Assembly (NCBI RefSeq): GCF_025353065.1
Contig: NZ_JANXRJ010000031.1
Coordinates: 18,938 to 82,937, forward strand
DNA length: 64,000 nt
From: Lapillicoccus sp.
GTDB taxonomy: Bacteria > Actinomycetota > Actinomycetes > Actinomycetales > Dermatophilaceae
Reading direction: 5' to 3'
Position numbers and translations under genes: made by a program. Positions within the stretch are counted from its first letter, which is position 1, and every line of letters begins with the position of its first letter. Of the stretch, positions 8,995-19,307 are shown one piece after another. The notes beneath the pieces are model-generated. The model ran no database searches, was not told the origin of the DNA, and saw nothing but the letters and a program-made list of their open reading frames with translations.

Positions 8995-10122
8995 ATGGCT
9001 CATCCCTCCAACGCACTGATCATCGGCGGCGGGATCGCCGGCCTGTCCGCGGCCATCGCCCTCTCCCGGGTGGGGGTGCGGTGCGACGTCGTCGAGCTCG
9101 CCGACGAGGCGCCCCCCGGCGCCTCGGTCTCGATCTCCGGCCGGGCGGCCGAGGCACTCGACGAGCTCGGCGTCTATGCGGAGTGCTACGCGAACGGCAC
9201 ACCCTTCACGGACTCGTCCTCGCTCACCCAGATGGACTCCGCCGGGCACGTCACCAGCGCGGGCCCGGGCCTCCCGCAGTGGCCGGGCGCCAAGACGGCG
9301 ATCGGCATCTACCGGCCCGTGCTGCTGCGCATCCTCGCCGACGCCGCCCGCGGTCTCGGTGTCACCATCCGAAGCGGCGTGACCCTCGTGTCCGCGGACG
9401 AGCGCGCCGACGGGTCTCTCGTGACGACCAGCGACGGCGAGCAGCAGTGCTACGACCTGGTCGTCGGGGCCGACGGCATCGGCTCCACCACCCGCTCCGA
9501 CCTCTTCCCGGACGCTCCCGGACCCACCTACTCCGGCCAGATCAGCCTGAGGTGGATGGCCCCGGGACCCCCCGTCGCCGACCAGGGCTGGTATCACGGA
9601 CCGGTCGGGAGGCTCGGTTTCTACTCCCTGCCTCAGGACCTCGTCTACCTCCCCGCCGTCGTCGACGCGCCCGATCGGACCCACCTGACCGACGACGACG
9701 TCCACGCCCTGTTCACCGAGCTCCTCGACTCCTACACCGCTCCGGCCGTCGTCGAGCTGCGCCGGCGGTTGACGCCGGACGCCGAGGTGATCTGCCGTCC
9801 TTTCGACTGGATCCTCGTCCCCGACCGGTGGCACCGTGGTCGCACGATCCTGATCGGCGACGCGGCGCACGCCACGACCGCCCACCTGGGTCAGGGCGCC
9901 GGGATGGCACTGGAGGACGCCGTGGTCCTGGCGCAGTGCGTCTCCACCTCCGCGACGCTGTCCGAGGCGTTCGAGGCGTTCATGACGCGGCGATACGACC
10001 GGGTCCGCACGGTCGTGGAGACGAGCGTTGCGCTCTCGCGGCTCGAGCAGGAGGGCTCTGCCCCGAGGGAGAACGTCGCCGTGATCCAGACCGCGCTGCA
10101 GACGCTCGCCCAGCCCTACTGA
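8995..10122 (+). CDS. FAD-dependent aromatic-ring monooxygenase (salicylate/3-hydroxybenzoate hydroxylase-like)
   Basis: GGGIAGLSAAIAL dinucleotide fold, DLVVGADGIGS, GDAAHATTAHLGQGAGMALED motifs. Confidence 0.85.
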   Translation: MAHPSNALIIGGGIAGLSAAIALSRVGVRCDVVELADEAPPGASVSISGRAAEALDELGVYAECYANGTPFTDSSSLTQMDSAGHVTSAGPGLPQWPGAKTAIGIYRPVLLRILADAARGLGVTIRSGVTLVSADERADGSLVTTSDGEQQCYDLVVGADGIGSTTRSDLFPDAPGPTYSGQISLRWMAPGPPVADQGWYHGPVGRLGFYSLPQDLVYLPAVVDAPDRTHLTDDDVHALFTELLDSYTAPAVVELRRRLTPDAEVICRPFDWILVPDRWHRGRTILIGDAAHATTAHLGQGAGMALEDAVVLAQCVSTSATLSEAFEAFMTRRYDRVRTVVETSVALSRLEQEGSAPRENVAVIQTALQTLAQPY

Positions 10123-10174
10123 GCCTCACCCATCCGTATGCCGTTGTCAGACTGAGGAATTCAGAGGCACGACC

Positions 10175-11440
10175 ATGAAGAACCTGACGCTCGACCCCCA
10201 TGACCCCCGCGTCGCCGCCGCCCGCGACGCCGAGGAGCAGCTCAATACCTTCTACGACCTCGAGCCGCGAGAGCATGTCGTGACGCTGCCCGGCTCCGGG
10301 CTCCGGGTGCGCGTGACCGAGGTCGGCGAGGGACCACCCCTGCTCGTCGTCCCGGGCAACACCGGCGACGGCTTCCCGTTCGCAACGCTGCTGCCGCACC
10401 TGGCGGGCTACCGCATCGTCATCGTGCAGCGCCCGGGCGGCGGCCTGAGCGAGGGCATGGACCACCGTGAGGTCGACATGCGCGAGTTCGCGGTGGAGAC
10501 GCTGACCGCCGTGCTCGACGACCTCGGGCTCGAGCGGGTGCCGGTCCTCGCCCACTCGATGGGCGGCGAATGGAGCCTGTGGCTCGCCCTGGACCGGCCC
10601 GAACGGGTCAGCGGGCTCGCCCTGGTCGGCGTCCCCGGCAACGTCCTCGACTCTTGTCCGCCGCTGTCCCTGCGACTGACCTCGATCCGCGGGCTCGGCA
10701 CGCTGATCCTGCGCGCGGTCATCCCTCGGTCCGCGAAGACCGCGCTGAACGGGCTGAAGGTCACCGGTCACTCCCCCGAGTCCATCGCCCGTCAGCCGGA
10801 GGCCCTCGCCGCGTGCTATCTCGCCTTCGGACGACTGCCCCACTACGAGGTGTCGACCGTGAGCCTCATGCAGGTCATGAACCGGCTCCGCGGCGCGGTC
10901 CCGCGGTTCCGCCTGACCGAGGCGGACCTGCGCCGGATCACCCAGCCCGTGCTGATGGTCTGGGGGACCTCCGACCCGTTCGGCAGCGTGGCCACCGCAC
11001 AGCGCATCGCCGCGATCCTGCCCGACGCGCAGCTGCAGACGATCGACGGAGCCGGCCACCTGCCCTGGTTGGACGAACCGGCACGGTGCGGCGAGCTGGT
11101 CTCGGGCTTCCTCGCGGCGCTGGGGACGCGCCACCACCCGGGGACGACCGATGAACGCCGACCAGAAGGCTGGCCAGCACCGCATCAACCGGCGGTCCCT
11201 GCTGCTCGGCGCGGCGGCGGGTGGTGCCGTGGGGGCGGCGGCGATCGGTGGTGCGTGGGCCGCGACGGCGTTGCGACCACCCCAGGTGGTGACGACGCTG
11301 TCGACGGCGAGCGTCTTCGAGCACGCCTACGCGTTCACCACGCTGGGCACGATGGGTGGACCGGTGCCCCACCCGGACCGCGCCCAACCGGCGAACCTCC
11401 TGCACGACGCCGAGCACGCCATCCTCATCGACGTGGGTGA
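10175..11440 (+). CDS. alpha/beta hydrolase (functional end probably near 11154; the ORF lacks a stop until 11440)
   Basis: HSMGG nucleophile elbow, GAGHLPWLDEP. After ~11150 third-position GC in this frame collapses while the overlapping MBL frame looks coding. Confidence 0.7.
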   Translation: MKNLTLDPHDPRVAAARDAEEQLNTFYDLEPREHVVTLPGSGLRVRVTEVGEGPPLLVVPGNTGDGFPFATLLPHLAGYRIVIVQRPGGGLSEGMDHREVDMREFAVETLTAVLDDLGLERVPVLAHSMGGEWSLWLALDRPERVSGLALVGVPGNVLDSCPPLSLRLTSIRGLGTLILRAVIPRSAKTALNGLKVTGHSPESIARQPEALAACYLAFGRLPHYEVSTVSLMQVMNRLRGAVPRFRLTEADLRRITQPVLMVWGTSDPFGSVATAQRIAAILPDAQLQTIDGAGHLPWLDEPARCGELVSGFLAALGTRHHPGTTDERRPEGWPAPHQPAVPAARRGGGWCRGGGGDRWCVGRDGVATTPGGDDAVDGERLRARLRVHHAGHDGWTGAPPGPRPTGEPPARRRARHPHRRG

Positions 11441-12206
11441 CGGGGCCGCAGCGCAGCTGGCGAAGGCCGGCGTGGCTCTGACGGCGCTGTCCACGCTGAT
11501 CATCAGCCACCTGCACGTCGATCACACCGGTGGGCTGTTCGCCCTTCTGGGCGCCCGCATCCAGCAGCACGTGCCGGGGACGCTGGTCGTCTACGGGCCG
11601 CCGGGGACCAGGCAGACCGTGGCCGAGATCGAGACCGCCCAGCGCTACCTCGCGGACCTCGACCACGCGGAGAACACCCGCACCACCGATCTCGCCCCGA
11701 CGCTCGTCGAGGTGCACGAGATCACCGACGGCTCCTCGTTCGTCCTCGGCGACGTCACGGTCCTCGCGGCCGGCAACACCCACTACGGCTTCGCCCCGGG
11801 CAGCGCCGACGCCACCGCCTTCCAGTCCCTGTCCCTGCGGTTCGACATGCCCGACCGGTCGATCCTCTACACCGGTGACACCGGACCGAGCCCCGCCGTC
11901 GAACAGCTGGGCCACGGGGTGGACCTCCTGGTCAGCGAGATCATCGATCCCGACGAGGAGCTGGCCAAGACCCTGGCCACCCGGTCCGACATCCCCCGCT
12001 ACGCGATCCCGTTCCTGCGGAGGCACTTTGCCGACCAGCACCTCACCGCCAAGGAGGTCGGGCGGCTGATGCAACGCACCGGCGCCAAGCGTCTCGTGCT
12101 CACCCACAACGCCATGGACGCCGTCGGCATCGCGCGCGCCGGTCAGACCATCGCCGGCCTGAGTGAGCGGCCCCTCGCCTTCGCCGACGACCTGGACACG
12201 TGGTGA
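11151..12206 (+). CDS. MBL-fold metallo-hydrolase with twin-arginine signal
   Basis: INRRSLLLGAAAGGAVGAAA Tat-type signal; SHLHVDHTGG metal motif. Confidence 0.8.
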   Translation: MNADQKAGQHRINRRSLLLGAAAGGAVGAAAIGGAWAATALRPPQVVTTLSTASVFEHAYAFTTLGTMGGPVPHPDRAQPANLLHDAEHAILIDVGDGAAAQLAKAGVALTALSTLIISHLHVDHTGGLFALLGARIQQHVPGTLVVYGPPGTRQTVAEIETAQRYLADLDHAENTRTTDLAPTLVEVHEITDGSSFVLGDVTVLAAGNTHYGFAPGSADATAFQSLSLRFDMPDRSILYTGDTGPSPAVEQLGHGVDLLVSEIIDPDEELAKTLATRSDIPRYAIPFLRRHFADQHLTAKEVGRLMQRTGAKRLVLTHNAMDAVGIARAGQTIAGLSERPLAFADDLDTW

Positions 12207-13272
12207 GCACGCCTGGCTCGCCGAGCACGCCGAGCACGCTGAGCACGCTGCGCACGCCAGCGCGCGGGGGCCTGGTCGACGTCCACGCCCACGTCCTCCC
12301 CCCGGGCTACGTCGAGGCCGCCGTCGCCGCAGGACACACCACGCCCGACGGTATGCCGGCCTGGCCGGTCTGGTCCCTCGAGCAGCACCTGCGCCTGATG
12401 GACGAGGCCGACATCGAGCTGGCCGTGCTCTCGCTGTCCTCCCCCGGTGTAGACCTCAGCGGGCAGAACAGCAGGCAGGCGCGGGCCCTGGCGACCGCGG
12501 TCAACGACTACGTCGCCGAGCTGTGCGCGAGGCACCCCGACCGGTTCCGGTTCTTCGCCACCTTGCCGCTCCCCGCGATGGACGCGGCGCTGGCCGAGCT
12601 CGAGCGCGCCTGCGACGACCTCGGCGCCGTGGGCGCCGTCCTCACGACCTATGCCGGCGGCCGCTACCCCTCCGACCCGGTGATGGCGCCCTTGTGGCAG
12701 CAATTCCAGGCCCGCGGCACCACGGTCTTCCTCCACCCCACGTCCCCCCGGGCTGGCCGCAGACCGCTCTCGGCCTGCCCCGACCGCTGCTCGAGTTCAT
12801 GGTCGAGACGACCCGCGCGGTCGTCGGCCTCGTCGAGCACGGCACCCTCGCGGCATACCCCGCGGTCGAGGTCGTCGTCCCGCACTGCGGTGCCCTGCTG
12901 CCCGCGATCCTCGACCGGTGGGAGCTCTTCGCGACCCTGCCCGCCGGCCAGGAGGGCGCCGGGATGTCGAGGACAGAGGAGTCGGGGAGCAGAGAGTTGC
13001 CCGCCGCGGGGCTGCAGCGCCTCTGGTTCGACCTCGCCGGTACTCCCCTGCCCCACAACGCCGCCGCGCTGATTAAACGCGTCGGCACGGACCGGATCCT
13101 CTACGGGAGCGACCACTGCTTCACGCCAGCTGATGCGGTCCGACGGCAGATCGACTCGCTGGACGCCGGCTGGCGCGACGTGGCTGACACCCCCTGGCGG
13201 ACCCTCACCGCCCGAAACGCCCACGCGCTGCTCGGGACCGCTCACGACCCAACCAAGGAGACGTCATGCTGA
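12200..13272 (+). pseudogene. amidohydrolase-2 (ACMSD/decarboxylase-like) gene split by a frameshift in a C6 run (12744-12749)
   Basis: N-half (VDVHAHVLPPGY..TTVFLHPTSP) is in the frame of ORF 12200. C-half (PGWPQTALGLPRPLLEFMVETTRA..YGSDHCF) is in the frame of ORF 12163..13272. Confidence 0.75.
12223..12258. repeat. 9-bp tandem repeat x4 (gagcacgcY) at the amidohydrolase N-terminus
   Basis: Read directly; encodes STP/STL triplets. Confidence 0.85.
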
Positions 13273-13901
13273 CGCTCGACCGTGAGATCCTCAGCTTCCG
13301 CACCATCGCGATCCTGCCCATCGCCCTGTTCACCCCCACGCTGATCCTGGGCGTCGCTCTGCCGGGCTCGAAGGTCGGTGCGGCCCTCGGGATGCTGTTC
13401 CACCTCTCGGTGCTGTTCCTGGTCAGCCGGATGCCGGCGCCCGACTGGGCCCGGGCAGCGGGGTTCGCCTGGCTCGCGCTCGACATCACCAGCGGCGCGA
13501 TGACGCTGAACAACGTCCCCTACGACATCGCCTTCCCCGTCCGACTCGGCGGTCACGTCCTGGCCGCGACCTGGATCATCACGGCCGCGTTGCTCTGCCG
13601 ACCACGCTCGGAGCGGATCCTCGGCGTCGTCGTCGGCCTCTGGCTGGGCATCTACACCTTCTTCGGCAGCGTCCTGCCGGTCAGCCTGCTGGCGCCTCCC
13701 GGAGTCCTCGTCGTCGTCTGGTTCGGACTGCTCGCCTGGCACCACGAGACCACCCCGACCGCGCCGACCGCGCCGACCGCACCCACGACGGACGCCACCC
13801 GCCGCGCCGATGGCCCCGCCGTCGGCGGGGTGCGAGGCGGGATCACGCTCGACCACCCGGACCCGGGTCCGGCCCGCGGACGTCGTAGGAGCCGGGCCTG
13901 A
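13266..13901 (+). CDS. hypothetical multi-pass membrane protein
   Basis: AAGGAG RBS plus ATG overlapping the upstream stop; about 5 hydrophobic helices; TAPTAPTAP tail. Confidence 0.6.
   Translation: MLTLDREILSFRTIAILPIALFTPTLILGVALPGSKVGAALGMLFHLSVLFLVSRMPAPDWARAAGFAWLALDITSGAMTLNNVPYDIAFPVRLGGHVLAATWIITAALLCRPRSERILGVVVGLWLGIYTFFGSVLPVSLLAPPGVLVVVWFGLLAWHHETTPTAPTAPTAPTTDATRRADGPAVGGVRGGITLDHPDPGPARGRRRSRA
13755..13781. repeat. 9-bp tandem repeat x3 (ccgaccgcg) encoding PTA repeats
   Basis: Read directly. Confidence 0.85.
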
Positions 13902-15219
13902 GGTCCCACACGACGTGCTCGCCCCGCTCTGCGTCGACGACCACCCGACCGGCGACCCGTTTCGTGTGCACCCAGGAGTGGTGATAGCCGCAGAGCAGCG
14001 CCCCGTTGCGAATCTCGCTCTCTCCGTAGTCGACCCAGTGCACCAAATGATGCGCGTCGCACCATTGCGCCGGCATCGAGCACCCCGGGATCGTGCAGTG
14101 TCGGTCACGGAGCCAGAGGGCTCTGTGCTGTCCCGGGGTGAACAGCCGCACCTCCCGGCCGAGGTCGAGGACCTCGCCCATCGACCCGAGGACGACAGGG
14201 ATCACCCCACCGTCACAGGCCATCCGCCGCATGGTCGCCGGACTCAGCAGGCTCCCGGCATCCGCACTGCCCACCGTCGTCCCACCCCGCACCAGATCCT
14301 GATCCGCCTCGCCGCAACACCCGAAGCCGGCCGCCCGCATCCGAGCTTGCAGGGCTTCGAGGTCGATCGTCACGAACACCGTCGCCTTCGACGACGTCGG
14401 CACCGACTCGGGCGACGCGACCGCACGCCGCACGAGGGTCATCAACCCCTCCGCCCGCCGCTGGCCCGACGGCCGCAGGTCCGGCACCTCGTCCGTCGGG
14501 CAGGGCGCAGAGACCGGACCCAGGGCCGCCTCCAGGACGGCCCGGCTCTCGGTGCCGAGGAGCAACGCATACTCGTGCAGCCCGTCGGCCGCCGTCACCG
14601 GCTGGCTCAACCGCACCTGCGTCCGCGCCCGATCGTCGAGCTTCTCCAGCTCGTCGCCCGATCCGTAGCGCGCCAGCAGCGCCGGACGCAGGGCCCGGAT
14701 CGCCCGCGGTCCCTCCAGACCGGCGAGGACCAGCAACCCCTCCCACACCATCGGCACCGCCTCCGGCCGCAGCCGGTGCCGCAGCCGCTCCATCTCGGTC
14801 AGGCACACGGCGGCGTCGGAGACGCCGACCCGACCGTCCAGCAACGCCTCCCGCAGCTGGGCGTGACGCTCCTCCCGGCTCGCCAGAGCCACCTCGACCA
14901 GCCGCCCAGCGCCGCCACCCCGCAACGACGGCGCCCACTCCAGCACCCATCCCACGTGCGCCCGCGCCACGGTCCCTGTGGTTTCGCCCCGCCCCATCGC
15001 CTCCGCGAGCACCGCCACCCGGGCCGACTCGACGCGGCGGCCCAGGTCGTCGATCCGACGGAAGAGTGGTCCGAGGTCGGCGGTCTGCGCTTCCCAGAGG
15101 CACGACTCGATCCGGCCAAGGCGTCGACCGCGGCATCGATCGCCACCCGCCGCTCGAAGTACCGAAGATCTTCCATACGACGAACCTCGCGGCGACCACC
15201 GACACCCCTCCGACGTCAC
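13843..15219 (-). CDS. DUF222 / HNH endonuclease domain protein (REP13E12-like)
   Basis: C-terminal CTIPGC..CDAHHLVHW..NGALLCGYHHSWVH HNH motif. The true start is probably ATG 15176 (MEDLRYFERRVAIDAAVDAL) with a 1-nt frame slip near 15112-15117. Confidence 0.8.
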   Translation of the reverse strand: MTSEGCRWSPRGSSYGRSSVLRAAGGDRCRGRRLGRIESCLWEAQTADLGPLFRRIDDLGRRVESARVAVLAEAMGRGETTGTVARAHVGWVLEWAPSLRGGGAGRLVEVALASREERHAQLREALLDGRVGVSDAAVCLTEMERLRHRLRPEAVPMVWEGLLVLAGLEGPRAIRALRPALLARYGSGDELEKLDDRARTQVRLSQPVTAADGLHEYALLLGTESRAVLEAALGPVSAPCPTDEVPDLRPSGQRRAEGLMTLVRRAVASPESVPTSSKATVFVTIDLEALQARMRAAGFGCCGEADQDLVRGGTTVGSADAGSLLSPATMRRMACDGGVIPVVLGSMGEVLDLGREVRLFTPGQHRALWLRDRHCTIPGCSMPAQWCDAHHLVHWVDYGESEIRNGALLCGYHHSWVHTKRVAGRVVVDAERGEHVVWDLRPGSYDVRGPDPGPGGRA

Positions 15220-15374
15220 TACTCAGGCGGCCGCCGACGAGTCCCACTGTCACAAAACGCCGCTCGTCAACGCGCCACCAACGGGACACAGGACCGGCAC
15301 CAGTTCGGTATGCCGCCCCAGCGGCCGGACATACCGGGCACGTGCCGTTCCTGCGTCCCCGCCGCGACGCCCTC

Positions 15375-16550
15375 CTACTTCAGCAGCTGCCGCGCCATCA
15401 CGATCCGCTGCACCTGGTTGGTGCCCTCGTAGATCTGGGTGATCTTCGCGTCGCGCATCATCCGCTCGACCGGGAAGTCCCGCGTGTAGCCCGCGCCGCC
15501 GAGCAGCTGCACCGCGTCGGTGGTGATCTGCATCGCCACGTCGGAGGCGTAGCACTTCGCCGCCGCGCCGAAGAACGACAGATCGGCGTCGCTGCGCTCG
15601 GACTTCGCCGCGGCGACGTAGACCATCTGCCGCGCCGCCTCGAGGCTCATCGCCATGTCGGCGATCATGAACTGGATCCCCTGGAACTCCGCGATCGCCT
15701 TGCCGAACTGCCGCCGGTCCTTGATGTAGCCGATCGCGAAGTCGAGCGCTCCCTGCGCGATCCCGACGGCCTGCGCCCCGATGGTCACGCGCGTGTGGTC
15801 GAGGGTCCGCAGCGCGATCTTGAGCCCGTCACCCTCCGCGCCGACGATCCGGTCGCCCGGGATGCGGACGTGGTCGAAGTGCAGCTCCCGGGTCGGCGAG
15901 CCCTTGATGCCGAGCTTGCGCTCCTTCTCACCGAAGGTGAAGCCCGGGTCGGACTTCTCGACGACGAACGCCGAGACGTTGGCCCCCCGCCGGCCGTCGG
16001 GGTCGGTCACCGCGAGGACCGTGTAGTACTCGGAGACACCGGCATTGGTGATCCACGACTTCTGCCCGTGAAGGATCCAGTCGTCGCCGTCGCGGGTCGC
16101 GCGGCACTTCATCGATGCCGTGTCGGAGCCGGCCTCGCGCTCGGAGAGGCCGTAGGAGATGGCCGCTTTCCCCTGACCGAGCGGGGTGAGGTAGCGGCGC
16201 TTGAGGTCCTCGGAGCCCGCCACGATGATCGGCATCGAGCCGAGCTTGTTGACGGCCGGGATGAGCGACGACGAGGCGCACACCCGGGCGACCTCTTCGA
16301 TGACGATGCAGGTGGCGAGGGCGTCGGCGCCGACCCCGTCGTACTCCTCCGGGATGTGCGGCGCGAAGAAGTCGCTCGCGACGAGCGCGTCGTGCGCCTC
16401 CTGCGGATAGCGCGCGTCCTCGTCGACCTCCGCGGCATACGGCGCGATCTTCGCCTCGGCGACGGCCCGCACCGCCGCTCGCAGTGCTTCATGGTCCTCG
16501 GGGATCGCGAAGAGGGGGTAGGTGTCCTGGGCGGCGACGACGGTACTCAC
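15375..16550 (-). CDS. acyl-CoA dehydrogenase (FadE25-like)
   Basis: Full-length ACAD pattern (ERE AGSD, WITN, QIYEGTNQVQR); position next to purE/purK as in mycobacteria. Confidence 0.9.
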   Translation of the reverse strand: MSTVVAAQDTYPLFAIPEDHEALRAAVRAVAEAKIAPYAAEVDEDARYPQEAHDALVASDFFAPHIPEEYDGVGADALATCIVIEEVARVCASSSLIPAVNKLGSMPIIVAGSEDLKRRYLTPLGQGKAAISYGLSEREAGSDTASMKCRATRDGDDWILHGQKSWITNAGVSEYYTVLAVTDPDGRRGANVSAFVVEKSDPGFTFGEKERKLGIKGSPTRELHFDHVRIPGDRIVGAEGDGLKIALRTLDHTRVTIGAQAVGIAQGALDFAIGYIKDRRQFGKAIAEFQGIQFMIADMAMSLEAARQMVYVAAAKSERSDADLSFFGAAAKCYASDVAMQITTDAVQLLGGAGYTRDFPVERMMRDAKITQIYEGTNQVQRIVMARQLLK

Positions 16551-16642
16551 CTTCGGAGGTTACTCCCCGGTATGCCGCGGGCCCACCGCCGCGGGTGTGG
16601 CCCGCCTCACCCTCTGCCGAGGACTCCTCGGCCGGGCCACCG

Positions 16643-17533
16643 TCAGGCCGGCAGCCCGAACGACACCCCTGCCAGCTCCTCGACCTGGTCGAACAACGCA
16701 CGCCCGACGGCCGCGTCGTGCGACGCGTCGCTCGAGCCGACGAGGTGCGGCGCGCCGGTCATCTCCCCCGGCCCCGACGGCCCGACGTAGCTGCCGCCGA
16801 CCAGGTCGGGCGTCGTCGCGGCATACAGCGTCGGCCAGGCGCCGGCCTCGGCGGTCTGGACGAGGAAGCCCGCCCTCGCGACGAGGTTCTGCAGCGGCGC
16901 GGTGAACCGGCCGCCCATGTTGCGCTGGAGGTTGGTCGAGGAGTAGCCGGGGTGCGCCGCGACCGAACGCACGGACGAACCGGCGAGGGTGAGCCGCCGC
17001 TGGAGCTCGTAGGCGAGCATGAGGTCGGCCAGCTTGCTCTGCCCGTATGCCGGCCAGCGCCGGTAGCGACGGTGCTCCCAGTTGAGGTCGGCGAGGTCGA
17101 TGTGGCCGAAGCGGTGCATGGCGGACGAGAGCCAGACGACCCGGTCGGTGACCCGCGGCAGGAGCAGCGCCGTGAGCGCCGCGTGACCCATGACGTTGGT
17201 GCCCAGCTGCGACTCGAAGCCGTCGACGGTGCGCTGCAGCGGGGGCGCCATGACCCCGCCGTTGTCGACCAGCACGTCGACGTCTCCCTCGAGCTCATCG
17301 GCGAAGGCGTGCACCGAGGCGAGGTCGGCGAGATCGAGCTTGCGCACCTCGCTGCTCCCGCCCACCGCTCGTTGCGCAGCCGCCCCCTTGTCGACGTTGC
17401 GGCACGCCATGACGACGTGAGCGCCCTCGCGGGACAATACCTTTGCCGCCTCGAGCCCGATGCCGGAGTTGGCACCGGTGATGACGACCACCCGGCCGGT
17501 CTGGTCGGGGATCGAGCTGGACACCCAGGCCAT
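16643..17533 (-). CDS. SDR family oxidoreductase
   Basis: VVVITGANSGIGLEAA Rossmann motif; YGQSK catalytic motif. Confidence 0.9.
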   Translation of the reverse strand: MAWVSSSIPDQTGRVVVITGANSGIGLEAAKVLSREGAHVVMACRNVDKGAAAQRAVGGSSEVRKLDLADLASVHAFADELEGDVDVLVDNGGVMAPPLQRTVDGFESQLGTNVMGHAALTALLLPRVTDRVVWLSSAMHRFGHIDLADLNWEHRRYRRWPAYGQSKLADLMLAYELQRRLTLAGSSVRSVAAHPGYSSTNLQRNMGGRFTAPLQNLVARAGFLVQTAEAGAWPTLYAATTPDLVGGSYVGPSGPGEMTGAPHLVGSSDASHDAAVGRALFDQVEELAGVSFGLPA

Positions 17534-17536
17534 TCC

Positions 17537-18580
17537 TCAGCCCTTCGCGTGAGACGGCTCAGGGTGGCGCAGCTCGGGCATGACCTCGCGCTCGAACAAT
17601 TCGATGCCGGAGGTGTCGTAGGCCGCCTCGGTGAAGTTGGTGATGGCGTAGGTCATCCCCTGGGCCTCCATGCCCTTCAGCGCCTCGACGATCTGCTCCG
17701 GCGTCCCGACCGTCGGCCCCGAAAGCATGCCCTTGCGCTGCCCCTCGATGACGTTCTCGGGGACGCCGGCCTTGCGGTAGTGCTCGACGATCCAGTCGAG
17801 CCGGCCCGCGACCTCCTTCTCCGTCTCGCCGATGATGACGTTGTAGTTCGCGCTGCGGGTGATCTCGCCGTAGTCGCGACCGAGGTCGTCGCAGTGGCCC
17901 TTGAGCAGCTCGCTCTTGTGCGCGAAACCCTCCGGGCTGCCGTCGAAGTTGGTGTAGTCGGCATACTGCGCAGCGATCTTCAGCGTCACCTTCTCGCCCC
18001 CGCCGGCCACCCACATGGGGATGCCGTTGGCCGCGGACCCCGGCAGGGAGGTGCCCTGCAGCGGTCGCGGCTGGCAGATCGCGCCGTCCACCGTGTAGTG
18101 CTTGCCGGCGTGCGTCGCGATGCCCTTGGTCCACATCTGCCGGAAGATCTCGACGCCGTCGCGGAGCATCCCGAGCCGCTCCCCCGCGCCGGGGAAGCCG
18201 TATCCGAACGCGCGCCACTCGTGCTCGTACCACCCGGCGCCGATACCCATCTCGACCCGCCCGCCGGAGATGACGTCGATCGTCGCCGCGACCTTGGCGA
18301 GGTATGCGGGGTTGCGGTAGGCCATGCAGGTGCACATCTGCCCGAGCCGGACCCGGGTCGTCGCCGCGCCGTATGCCGCCATCAGCGACCAGGCCTCGTG
18401 CGTCGCCTCACCCGTGGGGATCGGCACCGTGTGGAAGTGGTCGTAGACCCAGATCGACTCCCAGTCGACGTTGTCGTCGGCGTGCTTCGCCAGGCCGAGC
18501 ATCGTCGCCCACTGCTGTGCGGGCTCGATGCCGACGAGGTCCAGGCGCCAGCCCTGCGGGATGAAGATACCGAATCTCAT
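17537..18580 (-). CDS. LLM-class F420-dependent oxidoreductase
   Basis: MRFGIFIPQGW..VWVYDHF..GGRVEMGIGAGW pattern of luciferase-like monooxygenases (Rv1855c-type). Confidence 0.85.
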   Translation of the reverse strand: MRFGIFIPQGWRLDLVGIEPAQQWATMLGLAKHADDNVDWESIWVYDHFHTVPIPTGEATHEAWSLMAAYGAATTRVRLGQMCTCMAYRNPAYLAKVAATIDVISGGRVEMGIGAGWYEHEWRAFGYGFPGAGERLGMLRDGVEIFRQMWTKGIATHAGKHYTVDGAICQPRPLQGTSLPGSAANGIPMWVAGGGEKVTLKIAAQYADYTNFDGSPEGFAHKSELLKGHCDDLGRDYGEITRSANYNVIIGETEKEVAGRLDWIVEHYRKAGVPENVIEGQRKGMLSGPTVGTPEQIVEALKGMEAQGMTYAITNFTEAAYDTSGIELFEREVMPELRHPEPSHAKG

Positions 18581-18716
18581 GGTGGGGCTCCTCGTGCTGG
18601 TTCGCCGCGGCTGTCACCGCGGCCGATTCCGGGTGCGACGGCGGCAGCGCCGTCACGTATCCCACCCTACGAGTCGCCGCTCCGAGCGCGCGACCGGGCG
18701 ACGATGAGGCCCTCGG

Positions 18717-19307
18717 TCACACCTCCGCCAGGACCCCGTCGGTCTCGACGTAGCGCTCGTCGGTCCGGGGACACCGCCACGACCCGTCGGCTTGCTGCTC
18801 CAACGGAACTCCGGCCCGGCCGACCCAGCGGATCCGGCGGGCGGGCACACCGGCGACGAGCGCGAAGTCGGGCACGTCCTTGGTCACGACCGACCCGGCG
18901 GCCACCAGCGCCCACCGCCCGATGGTCACCGGCGCCACACAGACCGAACGGGCCCCGATCGAGGCCCCCGTGCGCACCGTGACGGCCACCGCGGGCCAGT
19001 CGTCGCCGCGCTTGAGCACCCCGTCGGGGGTGACCGACCGCGGGTAGTAGTCGTTGGTGAAGACCACCGCCGGCCCGACGAAGACGCCGTCCTCGAGGAC
19101 CGCCGGCTCGTAGACCAGAGCGTAGTTCTGCAGCTTGCAGTTGTTCCCGATCCGCACGCCCGGGCCGACGTAGGACCCTCGCCCGAGGATGCAGCTCCTC
19201 CCGACGACGGCGTGCTCCCGCACCTGCGCGAGGTGCCAGACGGTCGTCCCGTCGCCGATCGTCGCGTCCGGCGAGACGTCCGCCGTGTCCTCGATGCGGA
19301 TGCCCAT
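18717..19307 (-). CDS. hexapeptide-repeat (left-handed beta-helix) acetyltransferase
   Basis: Repeated [LIV]G-x4 hexapeptides; ATGA overlap with the purE stop. Confidence 0.8.
   Translation of the reverse strand: MGIRIEDTADVSPDATIGDGTTVWHLAQVREHAVVGRSCILGRGSYVGPGVRIGNNCKLQNYALVYEPAVLEDGVFVGPAVVFTNDYYPRSVTPDGVLKRGDDWPAVAVTVRTGASIGARSVCVAPVTIGRWALVAAGSVVTKDVPDFALVAGVPARRIRWVGRAGVPLEQQADGSWRCPRTDERYVETDGVLAEV

Noticed and set aside
13843-15219. The DUF222-HNH gene as a discrete mobile element
   Set aside because: I saw no flanking inverted or direct repeats, transposase or integrase. It is reported as a CDS only.
16484-18982. 832-aa + strand ORF
   Set aside because: It is entirely antisense to the SDR, LLM oxidoreductase and acetyltransferase genes. 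It is Arg/Pro/Gly-rich with no motifs.
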